From Atractiella rhizophila (taxonomy: Eukaryota), in contig MU271207.1 of the NCBI GenBank assembly GCA_021432655.1, positions 80,022 through 144,021 on the forward strand: a stretch of DNA of 64,000 nt, written 5' to 3'. The position numbers were made by a program, and so were the translations under genes. The notes below the pieces were generated by a model. It worked only from the letters and a program-made list of their open reading frames with translations. It ran no database searches and was not told the DNA's origin. This document shows, piece by piece, positions 36,361 to 48,727 of the stretch (positions within the stretch are counted from its first letter, which is position 1; each line of letters opens with the position of its first letter).

Positions 36361-39300
36361 ATGTCCTCCTTCCTCAAGAAATTCAAGTCCGGGTTCACAT
36401 CCGCCGCTTCCCCTCCCTCGCCGCCTGCAAATGGAACGACACATGGAACAAACCCCGCGAATGGAACGACGGCCAATGGATCGAAAGTGAAGGCGAAACC
36501 GCTGCCTTTGTCCCTGCCTAAACCTGATCTCGTCCCAAAGAAGGCGCCGGCGAGCTCTCCTCAGCTTTCTCTCACCTGGATAGACCTCGGGTTGGAGAGT
36601 ACACCGAAGGCTGGTGATGGATTAGGTGAAGGAGCTGGAAGTGGGTCAGGAGGGACAATTACGGCAAAGATTGGAGTTGAAGAGTTTGGAAGAGTCAAGT
36701 TAACTCCTGAGGAAGTTCAGGCCATTTGGGAGAAGGGTGGAAGGAGGATAATGGATGGTGGTTAGTGCCTCCCCCCCATTTGGAACTCTATTAGCCGGAG
36801 AGCGGGTCTTGTCAACATGACCCGCTCTCTTCTACTGCATCTATCATTTTATAGCCAGCTCTAATATACGTATGCACAGGACTAACCTCTCTCGGTCTTT
36901 TCCGTCCTTACCGTCTCTCTGAGAACCCCACGAACATCAGACGACTCATCAGCCTCTACCTCTTGTCTCTCCCCACATCCTCTCCCTCTCACGCTCAGCT
37001 TCCCGCGAAATCAGCCTTGCGAGGATGGAGCGGATTGTCCGAAACAGAAGGAGAAGGAGAAGGATGGCAGAAGGAGATGGAACGCGCCAACATCTCCGAC
37101 GTCGCGGTCGTGCTCAAATGGGCACTTCGACACCTGGACTACGGAAGCTCCTCCTTCGGGAGCTCCACGTCCTTAGGTTGGTACGCCACCTTCGTGGAGG
37201 AAGAGAAGAAGGCATCGTTCCCCCCACGAGCTTACAGCACCATCCTCCTCCCCTCTCTGCCCGCCGCTCACGGCAGCCTTCTCTCCTCTGTCCTCTCCCT
37301 CATCGGCGCCATCGCCTCCCACTCGGAATACAACGGCATGCACTCGTCCCGTCTGTGCTTTATCCTCAGTGGCTGGTTGTTTGGAATCAAGAGCGGCGAA
37401 TATGCGGAGTGGAAGAAGGCGGGAGAAGCGCTCGAGCATGTTTGGTTGGCTTGGGTGAGAGAGGAAGGCGAGGGAGTGAGGGAGAGGGAGTCGAAGCGTG
37501 GAAAGCTGGGAAAGAGAGAGGGACTGCCGCTGAGATTGGAGGAAGCGGTTAAAGGCTATCCTTTCGGTGGTTCTGGTACGCACTTCTCACTCTCACCTTA
37601 CCTCTGTAAAGTCCAGTACGAATAATGCTGATGACGTGGGCGGCACAGAGTACAAGACTCCGCCTCGCCACATTCGTGATCGACGAGCACACGAGAAATA
37701 CCTCCGCGTCCGCGTCGAGGCTCAAGGAGACTGGCGCTATGCTTCGGACCCGTCATCAGGCCCCTTGGAGACGAACGATCAGGCGACTGGATTACCAGTC
37801 AGTTCTTCCCTCAATACCAAAGGACCGTATGCGCGCCGTGCCGCCGGAGACATATTGTACGATGCCTTGCGAGCGGGAGAGCTGGGAGAAGGAGAGGCGG
37901 AGAATGCTTGGAAGATGCTCGTGGACACCGCCAGGGTTGCTAAAGGAGAGGAAGAAGAAGCCAACATCTCCGACGTCGCGGTCGTGCTCAAATGGGCACT
38001 TCGACACCTGGACTACGGAAGCTCCTCCTTCGGGAGCTCCACGTCCTTAGGTTGGTACGCCAACTTCGCGGAGGAAGAGAAGAAGGCATCGTTCCCCCCA
38101 CGAGCTTACAGCACCATCCTCCTCCCCTCTCTGCCTGCCGCTCACGCCAGCCTTCTCTCCTCTGTCCTCTCCCTAATCGGCGCCATCGCCTCCCACTCGG
38201 AATACAACGGCATGCACTCGTCCCGTCTGTGCTTTATCCTCAGTGGTTGGTTGTTTGGGATCAAGAGCGGCGAATATGCGGAGTGGAAGAAGGCGGGAGA
38301 AGCGCTCGAGCATGTTTGGTTGGCTTGGGTGAGAGAGGAAGGCGAGGGAGTGAGGGAGAGGGAGTCGAAGCGTGGAAAGCTGGGAAAGAGAGAGGGACTT
38401 CCGCTGAGATTGGAGGAAGCGGTCAAGGGCTATCCTTTTGGTGGTTCTGGTACGCATTTCTCATTTCTCACCCCACCCCTGTATAGCCCAGTACGAATAA
38501 TGGCTGATGACGTGGGTGGCACAGAGTACAAGACTCCGCCTCGCCACATTCGTGATCGACGAGCGCATGAGAAGTACCTCCGCGTCCGCGTCGAGGCTCA
38601 AGGAGACTGGCGCTATGCTTCGGACCCGTCATCCGGCCCATTGGAGACAAACGATCAGGCGACTGGATTGCCAGTCAGTTCTTCCCTCAATACCAAAGGA
38701 CCCTATGCGCGCCGTGCCGCCGGAGACATCTTGTACGATGCCTTGCGAGCGGGAGAGCTGGGAGAAGGTGAGGCGGAGAATGCTTGGAAGATGCTCGTGG
38801 ACACCGCCAGGGTTGCTAAAGGGGAGGAAGAGGAGTTGGAGGAGGGAACTTTCGATTATGAACGGATCCTCGGCGATGAGGTTACTCGTATCATCGACCT
38901 CGTTTCGCCTGCGACAGAGACCGCTGCCTCCGCCGGTGCGAAGTTGGTGCGCGTCAAGAGCACGAAGGCGGCCTTGGAGAGGTTCCATTCGGTTAGGGAA
39001 GCGAGGGAGAAGGAGAAGCGGGAGAAGGAGGCGAATAGGACGAGCGAGGAGATCGAGAGAGAGAAGAGGGATTTTGCTGCTAAGAGGTTCAAGAGGAGGA
39101 GCTTCAGTTTGGACCTTGCCATGGGGAAGGTCGGCAGTGGAGGGAAACTAGGGACCGTATTTGAAGGTCAGGGAATGAAGAGCGAGGTGTTTGGAGAAAA
39201 GGGTGACGGCAATGCAGGTGGTTGGGACGATTTCGCCAATGCTGGATTTGCACCTCTTACCTTCGAGAAGGATGACAACGGCCTTTCCCTCACTCCTCCA

Positions 39301-42300
39301 GGATCTCCCACTGGCACGGCCAAGCGAACGGCGCTCAAGAAGCACAAGACGACTACTGCTGTTCCTAACAGCATCACCGTCGACGACGGAGTCAAACTTA
39401 TCAAGGCTGGAGGCGAATCGCTCTTCGATGCACCAAAGAAATCCACGAGGCCTTCGATCCCCACCATTCAATCGGCGAGCTTTGGAGAGTTTGAAGAATC
39501 TTTCGCTGACGTCTGGATGGAATCCCTGGGCGATCCCCTCGTCGCCGCTGCCTGGCCTTCCACCATCATTGGAAGCTTGAAACAGAGCTTGATCTCCAAG
39601 TTGGGGAACCGCTTCAACTGGCTCCTCATCGATATGGAACTCGTTCCTTTCCATCCTCCTCCAGCTCCCGAACCATCCGAGACATCCGTTGTCTCATCCC
39701 CGCCTACCTCGATCTCGACAGCTTTGCCATCCGAGGCAGTGGTGGAGAAGAAAGAGAAGGAAAAGGAAAAGGAGCACAGAAGAGGTTTCTTTAGGAGGAA
39801 GAGCACGACTGCTTCACAGTCAGAGAAGGAGAAGGAGAGAGAGAAGAGAAAGAGTGCTATCTTCTCCACGCCTAGTTTCCTCAGGTCCAAGAGCTCCCAT
39901 CGCCCCGAAGGAAGCGATTCGAGCGCAACGACCCCACCCGCTCTGCCTACCTCCCAGGCGTCTGCTAAAGCGAATGGCGCTGCGCCGAAAGAGGAAAAGG
40001 AGAGCGGACGCGGTACCCCCGTTGCCGTGTCTGAGAGGGAAGCATCGAATGGTTCGGCCGCAGGGGGTGTTGCCGCGAAGGACGGAGAATCTGCCACTCC
40101 TACGGCCACTTCTCCTATCGAAGAGGAGAAGGGGAAAGCGAAAGCGGAGGGAACGAACGAAGCGGTGGGTCATCTTTGATTCTTCTTCTTTGTTTTTGAG
40201 CGAACAGGATTTACCTGTCTTGCTATGTCTGAACACACGGTTGCTGCTTGCACACACATTTCTATTTAATTGCGCTCGTTATCATCGTTCAAGAGGTGTC
40301 TCTTGAGTACGCTCGTTCATTCCCCGTTCAGGGTCTATGCATCATCACGCTCCCTTAATCTATCTTCGGTCTCCGTTTGTCTGAGGGCTGTCATTGGAGC
40401 AAAGTCATCATTGTTAATTATTCTACTCCTACCCAACCGGTTAATTCATATCAGCCTGCACATATTTACTCATTCTCCTGTTTGTTTGGACAGGAGCAGT
40501 CAAACAGTAAAACCAAGATTCGCTTCGAAGACGACATCCAACATGTAAAGTCCACCTTCTTCCTCGTTTCTAGTAATCATTCGTCGTAACAGGCTGATAC
40601 ATCCCACCCCATCGCTGTCGCCGACTCGGAAGACAAGAAACCAGCAGTCGCTGACGTGGCTCCAGTAATCGCAGTGGGCGCAGCTGCTGCCCTTCTCCAA
40701 GAGGCGGGGACCACGGAGTCCAAGGAAGATCAGCAAAAGACTCCAGAAGCGGAACCTGTGGTACATTGTTTCGCGCACATGGTAATGACTTGCTGATGAA
40801 GGGGCAATTACAGACTCAGAAGGAGGCTGAGGAGGCTGGATTGGCAGCCGAGAAAGCCGACCTCGTTTGTCCTTCACTATCTGTCGCGCACTTATCTTTA
40901 TAGCATTGTAGGAACAATCGGAGATTCAGAAACCTGTCCCTGAGGAACAAGCTCAATCGGCTGCTGAAGGAGCTGAGGAAGAGGCACGATTCAGTGCTGA
41001 CAATGCTGAGCAGGAGCGCATCGAGGCGGTTCGTGTTCAAATACCATCCAACCACAGCCCTGCTGACCGCTTGCGAAGGAGCGTCTTACCAAGGAGGCGG
41101 AGACCGCTAGAATCGCGAAAGAGGCTAGAGAGGCTGAAGAAGTGCATCTGGCGAAAGAGGCGGAGGAACAGAGGGTTGAAGCGGTTCGTCTCCACTGATT
41201 GATCTGGATGTGGCTCTCATCTCTTTTAGGAGCGACTTGCTGAAGAGGCCAGGAAAGCGGAAGAAGAAGCTCGATTGGCAGCTGAACAGGCTGAACAGGA
41301 GCGTCTTGAAGCGGAAAAGCTGGAAGCAGAACGCCTTGCAAAGGAAGAGGCTGAACGCGCTGCAGAAGAAGCTCGAAAAGCAGAAGAAGAACGCGTTGCT
41401 GAAGAGGCTCGGTTGGCTGCGGAGAAGGCGGAACAAGAACGTCTTGAAGCTGAAAGGCTAGCTAGGGAAGCGGCTGAGCAGGCAGAGCAGGAGCGACTGG
41501 AAGCCGTCTGTCTCTTTCTCTCCCGCGCATACCCATTCTCATTGCGCCACTCAGGAGCGTGTGGCAAAGGAAGAAGCTGAGCGTCTCGAAACCGAAAGGA
41601 TCGCTGAAGAAGCAAGATTGGCCAGTGAAAAGGCAGAACAGGAACGCATTGAAGCTGAGCGTCTAGCCAATGAGGCGGCTGAGAAAGCTGAGCAAGAGCG
41701 CCTCGAAGCTGTGCGCCCCCCAATATCTGCGTTGCTACTCTTACACTGTGGTTTAGGAACGTCGGGCGAAGGAGGAAGCCGATCGCCTTGAAGCTGAACG
41801 GATTGCTGAAGAAGCGCGACTAGCCGCTGAGAAGGCAGAGCAAGAACGTGTAGAAGCGGAAAGGCTGGCTGAAGAAGCTCGATTGGCTGCGGAGAAAGCT
41901 GAGCAGGAGCGCGTTGAAGCAGTCCATCTCTTTCATCTACCCATATCTTATTCTCACTTAGTTATATAGGAACGTCTGGCGAAAGAGGAGGCCGATCGCC
42001 TTGAAGCTGAACGGATTGCTGAAGAAGCACGCCTAGCCGCTGAGAAGGCAGAGCAAGAACGCCTTGAAGCTGAACGACTTGCAAAGGAAGCGGCTGAGAA
42101 AGCCGAGCAAGACCGTCTTGAAGCTGTGTGTCTACTCTATTGTGCCAATTGCCGCTCAGACGATTGTTCAGGAGCGTTTGGCAAAGGAAGAAGCTGACCG
42201 TCTTGAAGCTGAAAGGATTGCTGAAGAAGTTCGACTAGCCGCTGAGAAGGCGGAGGAAGAACGCCTTGAAGCAGAACGACTTGCAAAGGAGGCAGCTGAG

Positions 42301-45300
42301 AAAGCCGAACAAGAGCGTCTTGAAGCCGTCCGCCGCTTCCTCTCCTAGCCTTATGGTTCTCATTGATGCTTCAGGAACGCCTGGCAAAGGAGGAAGCCGA
42401 CCGCCTTGAAGCTGAAAGGATTGCTGAAGAAGCTCGACAAGCCGCTGAGAAGGCGGAACAAGAACGTCTTGAAGCAGAACGTCTAGCCAAGGAGGCGGCG
42501 GAGAAAGCCGAGCAGGAGCGCCTTGAAGCTGCATGCCTCTTCCATTTTATCACTTACTACTCTCACCTTGTCGTATAGGAACGTTTGGCGAAAGAGGAAG
42601 CTGAACGCCTAGAAGCGGAACGAATCGCTGAAGAGGCGAGACTAGCTGCTGAGAAAGCGGAGCATGAACGTCTCGAAGCCGAAAGACTGGCGGAGGAAGC
42701 CCGAGTAGCAGCGGAAAAAGCTGAGCAGGAGCGCCTCGAAGCTGTTCGTATATGCACTCTCGTACTTTCCGACTTAAGTCTCTTTCTAGGAACGGTTGGC
42801 CAAGGAAGAGGCGGATAGAGCTGAAGCCGCGAGACTCGAAGAGGAAGCTCGGTTGGCTGCAGAGAAAGCTGAACAAGACCGTCTCGAAGCAGTCCGTTCA
42901 GTCCGCTCTCGCAGACATCCCTTCTCATATATTTTTAGGAACGTTTGGCGAAAGAGGAAGCCGATCGCCTTGAGGCTGAACGAGTTGCTGAGGAAGCTCG
43001 CCTAGCCGCCGAGAAGGCGGAACAAGAACGTCTCGAAGCGGAGAGGTTAGCTGAGGAAGCTCGAGTAGCCGAGGAGAAAGCTGAGCAGGAGCGTCTTGAA
43101 GCTGTGGGCTCTTCCGTTTTCTCGTTTACTACTCTCACGTTATTGTATAGGAACGTGTGGCGAAAGAGGAGGCTGACCGCCTTGAAGCTGAAAGGATTGC
43201 AGAAGAAGCTAGATTGGCCGCTGAGAAGGCAGAGCAAGAGCGTCTCGAAGCTGAAAAGCTCGCCAAAGAGGCGGCTGAAAAAGCCGAGCAAGAGCGTCTT
43301 GAAGCCGTCCGCCCGCTTCCTCTCCTAGCCTTCTGATTCTCATTGATGCTTCAGGAACGCCTAGCAAAGGAGGAAGCCGACCGCCTTGAAGCTGAAAGGA
43401 TTGCTGAAGAGGCTCGATTGGCGGCCGAGAAGGCGGAGCAAGAGCGTATCGAAGCTGTATGCTCCTTCCATCCCGTTTACTATTCTAACGATGTTGTATA
43501 GGAGCGTTTGGCGAAAGAGGAGGCCGACCGCCTTGAAGCCGAGCGAATCGCTGAAGAAGCTCGACTGGCCGCTGAGAAGGCAGAGCAAGAACGCATTGAA
43601 GCTGAACGACTTGCAAAGGAAGCGGCTGAGAAAGCCGAGCAAGACCGTCTTGAAGCTGTGTGTCTACTCTATTGTGCCAATTGCCGCTCAGACGATTGTT
43701 CAGGAGCGTTTGGCAAAGGAAGAAGCCGACCGTCTTGAAGCCGAAAGGATCGCTGAAGAAGCTCGGTTAGCCGCCGAAAAGGCGGAACAAGAACGTCTAG
43801 AAGCTGAACGTCTAGCCAAGGAGGCGGCTGAGAAAGCTGAGCAAGAGCGTCTTGAAGCCGTCCGCCGCTTCCTCTCCTAGCCTTATGGTTCTCATTGATG
43901 CTTCAGGAACGCCTGGCAAAGGAGGAAGCTGACCGTCTTGAAGCTGAAAGGATTGCAGAAGAAGCTAGATTGGCCGCTGAGAAGGCAGAGCAAGAACGTC
44001 TCGAAGCTGAAAAGCTCGCCAAAGAGGCGGCTGAGAAAGCCGAACAAGAGCGTCTTGAAGCGGTGTGCCGCTTCCTCTTGGTCATTTGCTTCTCATTCGA
44101 TTCTTCAGGAACGTCTGGCAAAGGAAGAAGCCGACCGCCTTGAAGCTGAAAGGGTTGCTGAAGAGGCTCGATTGGCGGCCGAGAAGGCGGAGCAAGAGCG
44201 CATTGAAGCTGTATGCTCCTTCCATCACCCCGTCTACTACTGTAACGTTGTTTTGTATAGGAGCGTTTAGCGAAAGAGGAGGCCGACCGCGTTGAAGCTG
44301 AACGGATTGCTGAAGAAGCGCGCCTAGCAGCTGAGAAGGCTGAACAAGAGCGTCTTGAAGCGGTTTGTCCCTGTTCTCCAGTCATTCTTTGTCTCATTTT
44401 CTGCAGGAGCGCCTTGCTAAGGAAGAAGCTGACAAGGCTGAAGCTGCTCGTCTGGCTGCGGAAAAGGCTGAACAGGATCGTCTCGAAGCTGTCTGTCTCT
44501 TTATGTTTACCCGTGCCCATGCTTAATTATGCCATGTAGGAACGTTTGGCGAAGGAAGAAGCCGACCGTCTCGAAGCTGAGCGCATTGCTGAACAATTGG
44601 CAGCTGAAAAAGCAGAGCAAGAACGACTGGCTGAAGAGGCACGATTAGCGGAAGAGCAGAATTGAGGCGGTTGGTGTCTCCCCAATATAACTTCCAGTGT
44701 AATGGTCGATATTAGGAACGTGTGGCAAAAGAAGAAGCGGACCGCCTTGCAGAGCAGGAGAGAAAGGCGGAGGAGGAGCGACTCGAAGCCGTTTGTTTGC
44801 ATCATCTGAATAGTTTATCGCATTGAACGCTTTGTATAGGAACGACTTGCTGAAGAGGCTCGATTGGCGGAGGAGCATAAACTTGAGACTGTCCGTCTCT
44901 AATGCTCGATCCACTTACGGCAGCTGACTATACAGTTTAGGAGCGGCTCGCTGAAGAAGCTAGGAAAGCTGAGGAAACTCGGGTAGCTGCTGAGAAAGCA
45001 GAGGAAGAGCTGGCCGAAGCTCAGAGGAAGCTCGATGAGGAAGAGAACCTGGCCAAAGAACAGGCGGATCAAGTAGGCTGATGCTCTCTACTCATTTCCC
45101 TTATCTGACCGATTTTTAACAGAAGGCGGATGTGCAAGACACGACTGTAAAGGGCAAGGTACTAGTGCTAACTCCTTAGAAAGCGCCGGCTCATCCGTTT
45201 GTGGATTAGGACAAGGAGGAACTTGTCGATGAACCTGCATCTGCCGACCCTGTTAAATCCTCAGTCGAAACAGAGGAGACAGGATCTGTGCCACCTTCCC

Positions 45301-45428
45301 CTCTCGAAGTGAGCCAAGCCGGCCTCGAACCGGAGGTAGAAGACGAGGAGGAGGCAGGAGCAGACCCGTCATCCCCCACCAGCCCGAAGAAGAAGAAGAA
45401 GAAGAAGAAGAAAGGGAAGAACAACTAA
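36361..45428 (+). CDS. Large protein: N-terminal RhoGAP-like (Msb1/Mug8-type) domain, disordered middle, long E/R/K/A helical repeat array, poly-Lys tail
   Basis: [55 protein letters not shown] and [15 protein letters not shown] recall RhoGAP-fold Msb1-like proteins (family assignment from memory). The exon chain stays in frame to ...[15 protein letters not shown]. Confidence 0.75.
37086..38832. repeat. Intragenic tandem duplication (~874 bp x2) in the RhoGAP-like domain, present only in copy 2
   Basis: gccaacatctccgacgtcgcgg starts at both 37086 and 37960. The junction reads in frame as [13 protein letters not shown]. Confidence 0.95.
41078..45072 (+). repeat. Array of ~22 phase-0 repeat exons ([34 protein letters not shown]) separated by ~45-50 nt introns
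   Basis: Exons begin AG|GAR-CGN and end GAA-GCN|GT. Common lengths are 102, 156 and 165 nt (e.g. 41970-42125 and 42172-42327). Confidence 0.9.
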
Positions 45429-46430
45429 CAACACCTAACATACGCTTTAGTTATTTTAGACTTCTCTATCCAGTCAGCTTTCTTGACAATTCAGATTTCA
45501 TTTAGGTTCTATCCTGATTTGTCCTTTATCACTTCCATACTTTCAGCTGACGACGCTTCGTTATCCGCAATATTTCTGCGATACCTAACTTCAAATTGAG
45601 GATTTGCTTCGGAATAGCATACTGATACCTTGGCTCTTCATATTTTGCATTACGGTAATCCCTTGGTGTTTGCTTGTTTCTCTGCGTTCAAATTGTTCAC
45701 TTGTTAGCTGTTCTCGAACCCACATTCCTTTACTTCATTTTCCCGTCCAAGTTGCAAACCGCAATGATTACATTGGTTGAAAGCATTCTCACTTCCCTTA
45801 AGTCTGAAATTTCTCAATATCACCATGGTTAAAGTTACGATTTTTTCCCTTTATCCTCCTTTGGTACACAAATATCACGATAGCTGCGTTGAAATTACTA
45901 ATCTTGCTCCTTTACGATATGCGACCAACACTGAAGGTGTATGACCGAAGAAGCAATAGAGTGAAGTAAAGTTGTTACTCCTCGATAATCGTAACAGGAG
46001 CTTGAAGGAAGATGCCTTAAGCCTTACTGCCAGAGTTGTGATATCCATCAGCGTCACTGATCGCAGCGACCAGACATCAACGAGGACGGTCATCAACAAT
46101 TATACCAGCTGTCGGAGAGAAATAAACCCTGGATGGGGAATACTGATGGAAAGTTCTGTCTGCCGGAATTGTGAAAGCCACTGTATTGTCTGCAAGCGAC
46201 ACCGAAACAGATTCTTCTTAAGCATGTTTCCTCCTTTTAATCCAGAAGGAGCATCGCTGGTGAACGAGTGAGAATGAAGGATATCGAGTTGGGAGCTGGT
46301 GCAACACGCTCTAATGCTCTGGTCATAATGAGAATAAGCTGAGAGAAGGAATGCAGCTGACTCTGCACAGTTGACGTCGTTAACTGTAGACGATATTCAC
46401 GCATGGACTTTGGGAACGAGAGCAAACCAA

Positions 46431-47763
46431 TCACAATAAGAACTTCTGGTTGAGTTGCAATGTATCAGGAACTAGCTGCGACGATTTTTCTTTAAGAGCA
46501 CTAATTCGATACCTGTACTCCGACAATAGTTGGCTATTGCTGACCTCGTGGATCTCCATTTCTTTGTTAAGGATATCGAGATGGAATAAGAGTCCTGATC
46601 CAGCGATAGACGTTTGATTTGGCTTGCTTTCAGAGATGTTTCCCACAAACCCCAATCCAATCCTTCCCCTGTGCAACGTTCTAAGCTGAGTCGTTGCAGG
46701 GTAGGTGGGAATAAACCAGCAGATTCTACGCCCCCACCAATGTGACATCCTTGATCTTCAAAGAGATCAGGTGAGGACATTTTTGAAGGATGGTATAAAA
46801 TGTGTCGCAAACACGCCCTGTGGAGTAAATCCTGCACATTGAATGAAGAGACTCTGAATTGTTGGAGAAATTGCTTCGAGAATATGCTCCATGAATTCTA
46901 CACCATATGCAAAGTTGCATTCGAAGACATGAAGGTTCGGGATTCGGAAAGGTGTATCTTTTCGTTTGACGTGCCGAACAATCTGAAATAAAGATAAGCC
47001 CGTCCCTACCGCGCGCAACGTGACGAGACGTGAAGATAGTGCTTCTGAGAGATTTATGTCACTTTCTGTAAATGCGCCATAGTTACGAGTAGTCCCTAAG
47101 TGTGTTATTGTAGGTGGTGAGTCTGAAGACCCCGAAAATAGGGTGAGATGTGTGACGTGTGTAAAAGTCTTCAGTGCCTCCCAGAAAAATGGTGAACCAA
47201 GTATAACGTTCTAATTCGATCTTTGACGGGCTGCAAAGCCTGCAGGATGTCTGAGAAGAAAGCAGAATGTTCTTTATCCAGACTAGTCGCATTGTTGTTG
47301 CTCCCATTCCTGTTAAACTAAGTGTGGTGATGTAGGTGCATAATCCGATGATTTTGAAAATTACCACTTGTTCGAAGAACCATACTGGGTTGGCTAGAAT
47401 GGTCAGATGTCGAATGTCTTCAACCTGCACGCGAGTGAGCATCCGTAAAAATGTAGATATTGTTTTCCAGTCACGAAGTATGACGGGGTCCACTGACAGC
47501 TCGCGCAACACCTGTAGCCAAGTTGGAGCAGTCAATCATTTCGTAAAACGCAAGGTGAAGGCGGTTACAATGGGAAAGAGCTCTTTGCAAATACAAAGCC
47601 AGCTACTCATTTGCCTATTCGTCCTGATTCCCTCTACATGCAGCGCTTCGTAAAAGATGATAGATAGTATCTCGTTCGGTAGCTGCAAGAAGGGGTTGTT
47701 GCGGTTGGCCTGGGTCTTTTTCCATGTACTGGTCGAGACGGCAACAGTCGATAGTTTCGGCAT
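46431..47763 (-). CDS. F-box / RNI-like (LRR) protein; exon structure and 3' end uncertain, possibly degenerate
   Basis: FLQLPNEILSIIFYEAL F-box motif, followed by LRR-like segments (LCTYITTLSL, ILQKCPHLISLKI, PTLQRLSL). Confidence 0.55.
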
Positions 47764-48727
47764 CGTGGCAGTAGTTTTCGAGCTTTGACAAGCTGGCTCA
47801 CGGTGTCACGCCGTAAATCACGCATATTTCGGTTGGAATCGAAACCTTGGATCTCCCAGATGTTGCTGAGAGAACAGGCGACCTGCTCTATGCACTAGCT
47901 TTGCTCAGCGTCTTGGTCGGACCATCGAACTGAAGTTTGGAGAACAGCTTTTCAAAGTTTGTCAAGCCGTCGATGGAGTCATCAACATCAGGGAGAGCGT
48001 CCATGGAGTCTATCCAACAAACGCGGAATTGAAGAGTTGCACCTGGATAAAATAAAGAAACGATGCGATGTGTTGAATTTTGAACATTTGAAAAAGGAGC
48101 AGACCTATTTTGAAGCCGCCACCACGTTACTCATCTGCACTCTCACAAATGTTTCACATATCATGGCGCACCAACTTACATGTCCACTCGAATCTGTAAC
48201 CTAAACCTCAACAAATAAATTCACTTGGTTAGAATAACTTTCGCACCACCGCGGCACTTTGTAGCTTGAAAACAAAGTTGGGTTGCTCAACCGGCAGGTT
48301 CCTGCAGCAAGATGATGACCGACAAAGATATTCCTGTTGGATCCAGTGCATAGACCTAGGCTGTTATTGTTCTGTTTAACCTTAACCATTTATTTCCAGT
48401 ACTGATCATTGTCAACAAGGTTAGCATTTCTTCAAGCCCGACCTCAAGAAGGGATCACTCAGCCTACCAGGTCTCCTCCAACTTACACGAACCCTGTTCA
48501 ATGTCGGTCTTTGACCCTCCAAATTCTCCTTTGGAATGTTCTATTCTACGTTGTGCTTTTGGTTTCTGTTCCTCTCAGACTATTTCAGCCAAAATTTTGA
48601 ACCAACCTCGCAAACAGGAACGTCTCGTAAAAAATTATCGTCTGTCACGAATATATTGTGTATTGTACATTGCACTTTCATTTTATTCATTCTAAACAGT
48701 TCTAATGCACATTCACCATCTTATCGA

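Larger units (their letters stand above)
26013..42405. repeat. ~7.7-kb tandem segmental duplication across the gap at 33758-33782 (26013-33757 vs 33783-~42405)
   Basis: Same gene order and near-identical sequence in both copies. Copy 1 carries scattered 1-bp frameshifts. Confidence 0.97.

Noticed and set aside
37567..40179. 870-aa ORF as an independent gene
   Set aside because: It starts near an intron of the larger gene, reads through introns and includes the duplicated unit.
41078..45072. CRISPR-like appearance (conserved repeats with variable ~47-nt spacers)
   Set aside because: The repeats are protein-coding exons and the spacers are GT/GC-AG introns. The DNA is eukaryotic and there are no cas genes.
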